Origin: an uncultured Gemmatimonadaceae bacterium
GTDB lineage: Bacteria; Gemmatimonadota; Gemmatimonadetes; Gemmatimonadales; Gemmatimonadaceae
Reading direction: 5' to 3'
Length of the DNA: 64,000 nucleotides
Assembly (NCBI GenBank): GCA_963716745.1
Contig: OY970320.1
Location: 2,144,001-2,208,000, forward strand
A program made the position numbers and the translations under genes. The notes under the pieces were generated by a model that worked only from the letters and a program-made list of their open reading frames with translations, searched no databases and was not told the DNA's origin. Of the stretch, positions 19,692-28,228 are shown in pieces. The stretch's first letter is position 1. Every line of letters starts with the position of its first letter.

Positions 19692-20474
19692 TCAGTGAAA
19701 GTGGAACATGAACGGCATTTGCACCCACTGCTGCACGGGACAGCCGCCGGAGAGCGCCGGTGTCCAACGATATTGTGCGACCGCCGCGATCACGGCGTCA
19801 ACGTATTCCTTGTGTTTCCCCTCTACCGCGCGAACGCTGTCCATCACCGGGCGCCCGTCGCGATCGACGAGCACTTGCACCACCACGTCATCCTCGACGC
19901 GCGCGTCCTCCAGTTTCTTTGGCCACTTGGGATAGATGTTCGTCGCGATGATGTGCGCCGGCCGGTCGATGGGGTTGAGCGGGCGCAGCGCGATGAGCCG
20001 CATCGGATAGAACCCGAGCGACGGATCGAGCGAGAGTTGGATGCGCATCTGCACGGTATCGCGCCCATCGGTGGAGTAGAAGCTCACTTTGTCCGCGCCC
20101 ATCGCGGCGGCAGCGTTGAGCAGCGCCGAGTCCAACCGGGCGTCCGCGGTCGTGAGCTTGAGATACACGCGGTCGGTGCGGCCGTCCGCGCTCTCGGTGA
20201 ATCGCACTTCGCCGAGCATCGGCATGAAGCCGCCCGTCGCGCCGCCGCGCAATTTCACCATGGTCGCGGCGGCCGCCTCCATGGAGCTCAGGTCCATCGG
20301 CTGGATGAACCGCGCGACGTACTCCTGGAGAAGCGAACCGCGGATCCGCCGCAGATCGGCGCGCTCCGTCGTATCCTGCGGGATCGACGCGTAGACGGCC
20401 ATGAGGGAACTCACGCCGTGCGGCTTTCCGTCTGGGCCGCACTGCGCCGGAGCCGCAGTGCTGCCCAGGCTCAT
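19692..20474 (-). CDS. TonB C-terminal domain (energy transducer TonB family) protein
   Basis: YPKWPKKLEDARVEDDVVVQVLVDRDGR...YRWTPALSGGCPVQQWVQMPFMF; start codon uncertain. Confidence 0.75.
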   Translation of the reverse strand: MSLGSTAAPAQCGPDGKPHGVSSLMAVYASIPQDTTERADLRRIRGSLLQEYVARFIQPMDLSSMEAAAATMVKLRGGATGGFMPMLGEVRFTESADGRTDRVYLKLTTADARLDSALLNAAAAMGADKVSFYSTDGRDTVQMRIQLSLDPSLGFYPMRLIALRPLNPIDRPAHIIATNIYPKWPKKLEDARVEDDVVVQVLVDRDGRPVMDSVRAVEGKHKEYVDAVIAAVAQYRWTPALSGGCPVQQWVQMPFMFHFH

Positions 20475-20498
20475 CGCGCCAAGCGCGATCAGAGTCGG

Positions 20499-20612
20499 AA
20501 CTACAGACCTAGACGTTAGACCTAGACGTTAGAAGGCGGACGCTAGACGTGAGATACTAGATGTGTTCGCAGTTGTATTCTAAGTCTAGGTCTAGCGTCT
20601 AGGTCTGCACTT
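20499..20612. repeat. Family A heptamer palindrome
   Basis: aactacagacctagacgttagacctagacgttag...tctaggtctagcgtctaggtctgcactt. Confidence 0.85.
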
Positions 20613-21003
20613 AAGCTCGTGCCCTTCGCAGCGCCATGTCCTCCAGGACACCGAGGAGCGCCGCCAGATCGAACGGCTTCGCGACCAGCACGCACCCGCA
20701 CGCATCGATCAGGTCCATCGCGTGATCGCTCGCGTCGCCCGTCGTGAATACCGTGCGGCCGCGCAATTGGGGTTGCAGGCTCGACGCCAGCTCGAACAGC
20801 ACGTCGCCGCGCATGTCGGGCACCCGCAGGTCCACGACCATGAAATCGAAATGCTCGCTGCGCAGCAGGGAGAGCGCTACCTCGCCGCTCTCGACCGCGC
20901 GCACATCGTACCCGCCGCGCGTGAATGCGATCGTCAGTGCACGGCAGATGGACGGTTCGTCGTCCACCACCAGGATCCGCGCACGCTCATTGTACAGCCT
21001 CAT
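20611..21003 (-). CDS. Single-domain response regulator (receiver only)
   Basis: ILVVDDE, DFMVVDLRVPDMRG (phospho-Asp), VFTTG, AKPF; no output domain. Confidence 0.92.
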   Translation of the reverse strand: MRLYNERARILVVDDEPSICRALTIAFTRGGYDVRAVESGEVALSLLRSEHFDFMVVDLRVPDMRGDVLFELASSLQPQLRGRTVFTTGDASDHAMDLIDACGCVLVAKPFDLAALLGVLEDMALRRARA

Positions 21004-21787
21004 CGTCCTTCGCTCCGTGACGGCGCATCATCGCCGTTAGCACTTCCATGAACCGATCGGGCGGCAACCGCTCCCGAAGGGTCGACGGGGAGTGGCCCGT
21101 CGTCGCCCGCACTTGCCGCGAGAACACGCGCGGCGAGGCATACCCCAACTTCCTCGTGATGTCTTCCAGCAGGAACCCTTTCTCGCCCAGGTAGTGGTAC
21201 GCCTGCGCCAGCCGAGCGGTGAAGATCAATACTCTCGCGGATGCGAGTTCCTGCTTCACCAGCCACCGGTCGAGATTCCGGCGCGTCATGCCCGCCGCGT
21301 GGGCGAGCGATTCGACGCCTTCGATCAGGTGCGGCGATTCGTACATGCGCATGAGCGCCCGTTGCAGCAGCGGCATCGCGCCTTCCAGCCGGTCCATGAT
21401 CGACTCGAGCGCTTCGCCACCCAGCCTTCGCGCGGGCAAACGCTCGAGCAGATCCTTCAATCGCCGCGGTTCATCATCGAATCCACGGAGCACCACGTGA
21501 CGCACGCCGCGCTGCGCGAGTGTCACGGTCGTCCGCAGCGTTTCCGCCGCGAGCGACGTGTAGACCACCACCGGCAACGTCGGATATCGCTCCATCAACT
21601 CGTACAGCGGCTCGATCTCCGTGCTGCCATCGACCCGAGGGTCGACGACGAGCACATCCACCGGCGACCGTCGCACGAGAGTGATGAGCTCGGTCCAACC
21701 GATGACACCGGTCAGACCATGCTCATCGCCCAGCACGCGGCGGAGATAGACGAGGACGGGAGGAGAGAGGCGGGCGGCGACTTCCAC
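20987..21787 (-). CDS. AraC-family regulator with atypical receiver-like N-terminal domain
   Basis: C-terminal LEDITRKLGYASPRVFSRQVRATTGHSPSTLR AraC HTH; N-terminal VDVLVVDP / PVVVYT receiver-like strands. Confidence 0.85.
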   Translation of the reverse strand: MEVAARLSPPVLVYLRRVLGDEHGLTGVIGWTELITLVRRSPVDVLVVDPRVDGSTEIEPLYELMERYPTLPVVVYTSLAAETLRTTVTLAQRGVRHVVLRGFDDEPRRLKDLLERLPARRLGGEALESIMDRLEGAMPLLQRALMRMYESPHLIEGVESLAHAAGMTRRNLDRWLVKQELASARVLIFTARLAQAYHYLGEKGFLLEDITRKLGYASPRVFSRQVRATTGHSPSTLRERLPPDRFMEVLTAMMRRHGAKDDEAVQ

Positions 21788-21803
21788 GGGGGGACACTAA
21801 GGT

Positions 21804-21829
21804 TGTCCTAAAAAGGCACCTTACTGTCC
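21804..21829 (+). promoter_or_regulatory. Candidate AraC-type direct-repeat operator TGTCC-N16-TGTCC
   Basis: tgtcc at 21804 and 21825 (21-bp period); the same arrangement occurs upstream of the TPR gene. Confidence 0.45.
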
Positions 21830-21912
21830 GAAAATGCGTGTTTGCCCCGCCGAATGCCACGGTACCTTGCGCTCGAGTGGAATTCCGGTCCCAACCCTCG
21901 CGCGAGGCTATC

Positions 21913-22047
21913 ATGATCCGTCGCCTGTTCGCCCTTCTCGTTCTCGTCGCCGTCGCGTCCACCGCTTCGGCCTGCACTTCACCCACCGCGCCCCACGCGG
22001 ACTGTGCCGTGACGGGCGGAAGTGGGAACTGCTCGGTCAGTCGCTGA
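21913..22047 (+). CDS. 44-aa exported peptide with signal peptide and C-terminal Cys loop
   Basis: SD gagg then ATG: MIRRLFALLVLVAVASTASA-CTSPTAPHAD-CAVTGGSGNC-SVSR; basic n-region, hydrophobic h-region, ASA|C cleavage site; GC3-rich codons; followed by a hairpin. Confidence 0.8.
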   Translation: MIRRLFALLVLVAVASTASACTSPTAPHADCAVTGGSGNCSVSR

Positions 22048-22069
22048 CCCTCACTCCATAGCACGACTC

Positions 22070-22101
22070 GAAGGGCCGCGGGTGCCAACCCGCGGCCCTT
22101 C
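22070..22101. terminator. Hairpin between convergent peptide and TPR genes
   Basis: gaagggccgcggg tgccaa cccgcggcccttc, perfect 13-bp stem. Confidence 0.8.
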
Positions 22102-22110
22102 GTGCATCGC

Positions 22111-23355
22111 TCACGCTCTGATCCCGGCCAGTTCCCTCAGTTTCTGGACGCCGGCCGCCGCTTCCTCCACCATCGCCGACGCGGGCGCCGGCACCGGCGC
22201 GCTGATCGGCACGCCGTCCTTCAAGTCCCCCAGCGCCTGCTCGGCGTGGAAGACGATCTGATTCAAGTGATGCTGCTGCGCGATCTCAAGCGCGCGCTCG
22301 AACGCCACGCGCGCTTGCTCCGGGCGGTCGAACATGCGGCAGCCCTGGCCCGCGTAGAAGAAATACCACGCTGAGAGCACCGGCGGCATCGGCGCGGTTG
22401 ACAGTTCACGGCGATACTGCTCGAAAACGGGCTCGAAGCGATCCGCGGCCGCGAGCTCCATGAGATTGATCGTCGCCTGCCATCGCGTGAATTGCTCCTG
22501 CGCCGTGGCCGCGAGCACGAGATTCGCATCGCGCGCCGCCGTGCGCAGTCCGATCTCGAAGAAGCTTGCCGCGAGGTCGGCCAGCACGCGGTCGCGTGAC
22601 GCGTCGCTGCGCACATCCTGCAGCGCCATGTATTGCATCGCGATCGCGGCGTCGTAGTCGCCGCGACGGTGCGCGGTGTGCGCGCGGTCCTGCAGCGCCA
22701 TCGCGCGAATCTCCATCATCCCGAGTTGCTCGGCGTCGAGGATCGTCTGGTCGAGGATCGACTCAGCCTCGGGGAGGTTGCCGCGGTCGGTGAGCACGTT
22801 CGCTTCGCCCATGCGCGCCTTGAGCATGCTCATGATGTCGCCGGTGAGCGCCGCCACTTCGCCGGCGCTGCCGTAGGCGGCCCACGCGTCGTCCCACCGC
22901 GCGAGCGTGCGCGAGCACGCGGCGATCATGAGATTCGCGTGGATCACTGAGTCGGCGTCGTTGAGCGGATGCGCGTGCGCGAGCACCGTGCGGTAGACAT
23001 CCGCGGCGAGCGCCCATTCGCCGTCCAGCTGCAGCGCGCGCGCGTACGCCATGAGGCGCGGCGTGACGATGCGCACGCTCGCGAACGCGCCGTCGGGATC
23101 CATCGCCTCGAGCACCTTGGCGAGCAGCGCGCGCCCGGTGGTGCCGGGCTCCATGGCGTCGACGGCCTCGCGTACCGCGCGCATGCCCCATGCGTCGGCC
23201 GCCGCGACGTCGGGCCCTTCCATCACCCAGGCATCGACGAGACGCAGCGTGACGAGTCCCGCGCTCACGGCGCGGAACGATGGGCTGCCCTCCTCGAGTT
23301 CGGCGAGGCGCTCGAAGTAGGGGAGATGAGAGAGCGGGATCCCGGAACGATTCAT
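22111..23355 (-). CDS. Cytoplasmic tetratricopeptide-repeat protein (about 414 aa; no signal peptide, no HTH seen)
   Basis: Serial TPR-like helices (AYARALQLDGEWALAADVY, GEANVLTDRGNLPEAESIL, RAHTAHRRGDYDAAIAMQ, AGQGCRMFDRPEQARVAFERAL); ATG 23355 preferred, ORF extends to 23391. Confidence 0.8.
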   Translation of the reverse strand: MNRSGIPLSHLPYFERLAELEEGSPSFRAVSAGLVTLRLVDAWVMEGPDVAAADAWGMRAVREAVDAMEPGTTGRALLAKVLEAMDPDGAFASVRIVTPRLMAYARALQLDGEWALAADVYRTVLAHAHPLNDADSVIHANLMIAACSRTLARWDDAWAAYGSAGEVAALTGDIMSMLKARMGEANVLTDRGNLPEAESILDQTILDAEQLGMMEIRAMALQDRAHTAHRRGDYDAAIAMQYMALQDVRSDASRDRVLADLAASFFEIGLRTAARDANLVLAATAQEQFTRWQATINLMELAAADRFEPVFEQYRRELSTAPMPPVLSAWYFFYAGQGCRMFDRPEQARVAFERALEIAQQHHLNQIVFHAEQALGDLKDGVPISAPVPAPASAMVEEAAAGVQKLRELAGIRA

Positions 23356-23401
23356 GGAGCGCAAGCTTGGCACGGGCGACATCGCCATCAAGCTCGAATC
23401 A

Positions 23402-23427
23402 GGACATCCGGGGGACGAATTAGGACA
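23402..23427 (-). promoter_or_regulatory. Candidate operator TGTCC-N16-TGTCC upstream of TPR gene
   Basis: ggaca at 23402 and 23423; minus strand reads aatgtcctaattcgtcccccggatgtcctgattcg. Confidence 0.45.
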
Positions 23428-23437
23428 TTTTAACTAC

Positions 23438-23539
23438 GCGGGAAGCGGGAAGAGGGAAGCGCCGCGATGAGCGAGAACGAACGTCAACCCCACGCATCCC
23501 GCGCTCTCATCGCGGCGCTTCCCGCTTCCCGCTTCCCGC
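23438..23539. repeat. Family C heptamer (cgggaag) inverted repeat; right arm forms the last codons of the deacetylase gene
   Basis: gcgggaagcgggaagagggaagcgccgcgatgag...ctcatcgcggcgcttcccgcttcccgcttcccgc; same arms at 39329-39493. Confidence 0.88.
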
Positions 23540-24448
23540 ACTCACGTAGCGATCGCCTTTCTTATCCAGCTTGATCGATCTCCTTCTCAAGTTCATTCGC
23601 CCACACTTCCACGCGCGTGATGGAGTGCGGATCCCATTTCGGATCGAAGGGCGAGCTTGCGCGGGGCCACCGGCGACTTCGAGCACGGCGGCATAGTCGT
23701 ACGCGAGCACCTTGCCCGTCTTCGGGTTCTTCCATTCGCCCTTCCAGGCGAGCGACCGGTTCTTGGGCCAGGAGCCGAGGGGCAGGCAGAAGGTGAGCAC
23801 CTTGTTTCCAGGCACGGCCGAATCGATCGCGAGCTGGCCGCGCGCGATCTGCTCCTGCACCACCGCGTCGGAATATTTCCCGAGCTGCGCGTGCCAGAGG
23901 GTGTGATTGCACAACTCGAATCCGTGGTCGTACAGCCAACGCACCTTCTTGAATCGCCACGATGACTTCTGTCCTTCGACGCCGGTGTAGCCGAAGAAAT
24001 TGTGGCCGGCGTTCGCGCCGCTCAGCAGGCAGAAGGTGGCCTTGTTCCCCCAGTCAGGATGCGTCTTCTGGAACTCGATCCAGATGCCGATGGCGCTGGT
24101 GGAATCGATGACGAGCTCGCCATTGCGCTCGATGTACCGGAACTGCGATGGCGATGCATCGTCGAACGTGAAGACGACGGGCGAGAGTCCCGCCGGGAGG
24201 TCGATCTTCTTCGCGAGCAGGTCGGAGACGTTCACCGGCCGATACCCGCGATCGTACATGAACTGGAGATCGCGCTTGAAATGTTCGCGCGACACGGTGA
24301 ATCGGGCTTCGTAGGTGCCGATAACGTGGTACTCGAGGATCGGGATTCTTCCCATCTCATTCGGCGGGAGCTTCTGAACGGCGGGCTGTCGGCTGTCGGC
24401 TGTCGCGAGCACTACTACCAACGCTGCAGCAATGGACTTCCAGATCAC
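23507..24448 (-). CDS. Polysaccharide deacetylase family protein (probable local compensating frameshift near 3' end)
   Basis: IPILEYH, PVVFTFDD, ATF, ELCNHTLWH, FCLPLG; signal-like N-terminus from GTG 24448. Confidence 0.85.
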   Translation of the reverse strand: MIWKSIAAALVVVLATADSRQPAVQKLPPNEMGRIPILEYHVIGTYEARFTVSREHFKRDLQFMYDRGYRPVNVSDLLAKKIDLPAGLSPVVFTFDDASPSQFRYIERNGELVIDSTSAIGIWIEFQKTHPDWGNKATFCLLSGANAGHNFFGYTGVEGQKSSWRFKKVRWLYDHGFELCNHTLWHAQLGKYSDAVVQEQIARGQLAIDSAVPGNKVLTFCLPLGSWPKNRSLAWKGEWKNPKTGKVLAYDYAAVLEVAGGPAQARPSIRNGIRTPSRAWKCGRMNLRRRSIKLDKKGDRYVSAGSGKREAPR

Positions 24449-24543
24449 GTTCGGCTCCGAAATGAGATGAGGGCAGGGAATGTTCCCCGCCCTCAAATCT
24501 AAGCCGTTCGCCCGCGACAGCCGACAGCCGACAGTCCGCCGTT
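24377..24543. repeat. Family B heptamer (gacagcc) 31-bp inverted repeat pair enclosing the deacetylase start
   Basis: aacggcgggctgtcggctgtcggctgtcgcg (24377-24407) and cgcgacagccgacagccgacagtccgccgtt (24513-24543), 30/31 complementary. Confidence 0.92.
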
Positions 24544-24549
24544 AGCAGT

Positions 24550-25779
24550 CTACACGATGCCGACAGGCACTGGCGTGTAATCCGGGAACACCGTCGGGAG
24601 CGGAGTGGCGCCGAGGTGCCCGGTGAGCAGTTCATAGAACACCGAACGAAAATCCGTCGTGAGCGCGAGGTCTCGCCCCTCGTACAACTGCTCCTTCGCG
24701 AGCCCGGGCCACTTTCCGTGCACTTTGTGCCCCTTCACGTGGCCGCCCACGACGAACAACGCGCCGGCGTGGCCGTGATCGGTGCCGCCGTTCCCGTTCT
24801 GCCGCGCCATGCGGCCGAACTCGGACATCGACACGATCACAACGTCATCCATCTTGTCGCCAAGGTCGGCGACGAGCGCCGCGATCGCCTGCGCGAAATC
24901 GGTGAGCCGCCCGGCGAGCTGTCCCGTCGCCGCGCCCTGGTTCACATGCGTGTCCCACCCGCCCACATCGGCGAACGCGATCTCGAGCCCAACGTTGCTC
25001 TTGATGAGCTGCGCGATCTGCCGGAGGTTCTGCCCGAACGGCGACTTCGGATATTCCGCGCCGTGCTCGGGTGCGTAGCGCTGCGGATCCGCCGAGCGGA
25101 GCATCTTCACCGCGTCGAACGTCTCGGTGCCGGTGCCGTGGATGAGATCGGCGGAGCCGGTACGATAGAGCGCCTCGAGACGCTGCGCATCGTCGCCGGT
25201 AGCGCGCACGGTGAAATCGCTCACGCTCGACATCGCGATCGTGGCCGCGGGCCCTTGGAGGATGCGCGGCGTCTGTGGCGAGAAGGCCACCGCGCGGAAT
25301 GGCGACGTGTTCACCGCGCATTCCGCGCACGTGCCCTTGGCCGCGAGATACCGGTTGAGCCATCCGTCGCTCGTCGCTTTCACATCGGGCGTGCCCGTCT
25401 CCATGTAATCCTGCGCGTCGAAATGCGAGCGCGTATTGCTCGGACTGCCCACGGCGGTGACGGGCGCGAGCATGCCGTTCGCCCACAGCGGCTGCAGCGG
25501 CGCGAGTGCCGGGTGCAATCCAAAGAAGCCATCGAGATCGATCGTGGCGTTCGCCGCGATGCCGATGTTGGGCCGCAGCGCGTAGTACTCGCGCTCGCCA
25601 TGCGGTACGAGGATGTTCAGTCCGTCGGCGGCGCCGCGCTGGAAGAGACAGATCAGCACTTTGCCTTTCTTCGCTCCGCTGATCCCCTGCGCGAACACCG
25701 CACGACGGAGGAACGTCGGCGACAAGCCCATCGTCACGAGCGCGAGCGCGCCCGACCGCAAGAATACCCGTCGCCGCAT
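24550..25779 (-). CDS. DUF1501 domain protein (Tat-like signal)
   Basis: MRRRVFL, FQRGAADGLN, RSHFDAQ, GGWDTH, SEFGR, GTDHG. Confidence 0.92.
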   Translation of the reverse strand: MRRRVFLRSGALALVTMGLSPTFLRRAVFAQGISGAKKGKVLICLFQRGAADGLNILVPHGEREYYALRPNIGIAANATIDLDGFFGLHPALAPLQPLWANGMLAPVTAVGSPSNTRSHFDAQDYMETGTPDVKATSDGWLNRYLAAKGTCAECAVNTSPFRAVAFSPQTPRILQGPAATIAMSSVSDFTVRATGDDAQRLEALYRTGSADLIHGTGTETFDAVKMLRSADPQRYAPEHGAEYPKSPFGQNLRQIAQLIKSNVGLEIAFADVGGWDTHVNQGAATGQLAGRLTDFAQAIAALVADLGDKMDDVVIVSMSEFGRMARQNGNGGTDHGHAGALFVVGGHVKGHKVHGKWPGLAKEQLYEGRDLALTTDFRSVFYELLTGHLGATPLPTVFPDYTPVPVGIV

Positions 25780-25790
25780 GATGCCCTCCT

Positions 25791-27837
25791 TCAGTATCGC
25801 TGGAATTCCGGCGCGCCGAGTGCGAGGCCGACGATCTGCGCGAACCCGGTGAGGTCCACCGGTCTCGCGAGCGGATCGCGGCCGCGTCCGACGCCCGTTT
25901 TCATCAACCCACCGCCGCCGCCCTTCGCGCCGGGTGCGCCCATGTCATCGCCGTTCCCCGCCGGCGCGGCCGCCATGCCATCGCCGGTCGACTGCGCGCC
26001 CATGCCGCGCATCGACGCGTCGACATCGGCGAGCGCTGCCAGCGAATCGGCGAGCGCCTCGGACACGCTATCGTGTTTCGGCGCACTCGCGAGCATCGGG
26101 TTCACGCCATTCATCAGGATGCCGCGGGTCTCGGGACCCGCTTCGCCCTGCAAAATGAGCGCGATCACGCCCTCCACCTGCTGCTCGTGCGACTCGCGCA
26201 TGAGCGCTTCACCCGGCGGCCAGTTCGCGAGCACGGCGCCCGGCACATGGCCGGCCGCGACGGCCAGGCCGAAATTGATGCGATTCAAGATCGCGCCCGT
26301 GTTGATCCAGCTGTCGCCCACGAGCGGGTATCCGTCGGGCGCTTGATGCAGATAGAGCGGCTCGCCCAGCCGCGCGATGATCTGCGCGGTGCGCGGCGTC
26401 GGATCGGGTGCGGCATCCACGGCGCGCAGCGCGCTCGCCACGAGCCGCAGCGGCGACTTCACCTTGGTGTGGTACGCCGCGCGCGAATAGAACTCGGGAC
26501 TCGTGAGGATCACGCGCAGCGTCTCACGGATGTCTCCGCCCGTCTCGGTGAACTTAGCCGCCGCGGCCTCCACCAACGCGGGCGGCGGCGTGTCGCTCAC
26601 GAACCGGATCGCCATTTCCCGCGCGATGTGCGTCGCGGTGTGCGGATCGTTGGCGAGGATGTCGAGCACATGCTCGCCATCCTCGAGCCCTTTGCCCGCC
26701 GGCAGATAGTGGCCGAGCACGACCTTCGATCCCGCATCGTGCCAATCGGGATGGAAGACGAACACGCCGACCTTCTGCGGCTTGTCGATCGACCATCCGG
26801 TGAATGCGCGCGCGACCTCGATCACATCTTCCTGCGTGTATCCGCCGTCCACGCCCAGCGTGTGAAGCTCCAGCAGCTCGCGCGCGTAGTTCTCATTGAG
26901 ACCGCGCGCCGGCGCCGCGCCGGGTGCGAATCGGCGCCGCGCGCGGCCGCGGGCGGCCGCGCCTGCGCACCGCCGCCGCGCTGACCGCCACCCATCCCGC
27001 CGCGCTGTCCGCCGCCCGCGCCGCCCGGGTAGGCGCCGCCGGCGCCGGGATGACCGCCTCCGGTACTGCGCCGCCTCCGCCCCCCGCCGCCGGCGCCGCC
27101 GCGAGGGTCGGTTCGTTCGCGTTCGCCCGGCTCTCCCAATTATCCAGATAGAAGAGCATGGCCGGACTCTGCGCCACCGCGCCGAGGAGACTGCGGAACT
27201 TGCCCAACGCATATGGACGGATCGCCATCCGCTCGTAGGCGGGCAGGTAGTACCGCTCCGGCCCCTTGCCCGCGAACACGTTGAAATGATTGAACCAGAA
27301 ATCCACCATCACTTCGTCCAGCTGCCGCTCGCTGATCAACGCTCGGCCGACCTTCGCCGCTTGCAGGTCGGTGAGCAGTTTGCGCGAGCGCTCCGCTTCC
27401 TTCTTCATCGCGGCCGAATCGGCGGCCGTCGGAGCGGCGCCCGCAGCCTTCTTCTCCTGGCCGGGCGTCGGGATCTCCGACAGCAGCGACGGGATGCTCG
27501 TAGTGAGCAGCGGGAATTGCGCGACGAACTGGTCGGCGGCCGGGTCATGGATGCGCGCGGGCTCGAGCTGCCGATACACCCAGCGGTCCACGCCCATCGC
27601 GCGCACAGTGTCGTACAGCCCCGGCCGCGGCCCCCACGTGAGCCGCTCGATCGCCTGCTTCACTTGCTCGTCGGCGTTGAGTTCGCGCGCCGCGATCTGG
27701 TCGGCCGACGGCAGCGCCACATGCACCGCCGCCTCCTCAGGCGCCGGCAATTCCGGCGCCGAAGCACTTTCCGGCGGCGGCGCGCTTGAGCAAGCGCCGA
27801 GCAAGGCCAATGCCGCGATTCCGAGGCGTGTCATCAT
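25791..27837 (-). CDS. DUF1800 domain lipoprotein (frameshifted in Gly/Ala-rich insert at about 26900-27100)
   Basis: LLGAC lipobox, RLTWGPRPG, DFWFNHFNV, PAMLFYLDN, NENYARELLELHTLG, ARAFTGW, KVKSP, PEFQRY. Confidence 0.9.
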
Positions 27838-27875
27838 CAGGTAAGACGAACGGGGAAGGAGTTCGTTAAGGACAG

Positions 27876-28225
27876 AACGGCGTGAGTCGTGAGCCGTGCG
27901 TCGTGAATGGCATGAAAACAAATGGCCGGCTGCAGGGAGGTAGATACCCCGCACCCGGCCATAGGTTGTTATGCCAGAAGGCCATAACGGCGTGAGTCGT
28001 GAGTCGTGCGTCGTGAAACGAATGACAACAAATGGCCGGCTGCAGGGAGGTAGATCCCCCGCACCCGGCCATTTGTTGTTATGCCAGAAGGCCATAACAG
28101 CGTGAGTCGTGAGTCGTGCGTCGTGAGAGGAATGAAAACAAATGGCCGGCTGCAGGGAGGTAGATCCCCCGCACCCGGCCATTTGTTGTTATGCAATTCA
28201 CGACGCACGACTCACGACTCACGCC
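27876..28225. repeat. Three tandem 110-bp units (heptamer arm plus long hairpin) closed by one inverted arm
   Basis: Units start at 27876, 27986 and 28096; each has cgtgagtcgtgagycgtgcgtcgtga plus aacaaatggccgg-ctgcagggaggtagatcccccgcac-ccggccatttgtt; inverted arm at 28198-28225. Confidence 0.95.
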
Positions 28226-28228
28226 CTT

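Noticed and set aside
21913..22047. Classical RiPP (lanthipeptide/lasso) precursor
   Set aside because: It has a Sec-type signal rather than a RiPP leader, and no modifying enzymes, peptidase or exporter are adjacent.
27876..28225. CRISPR array or repeat-encoded protein (ORF 26893-28182 extension, 27866-28072, 27969-28208)
   Set aside because: Units are nearly identical with only about 8 variable nt. DUF1800 has a proper lipoprotein start at 27837/27834, so the upstream translations are incidental.
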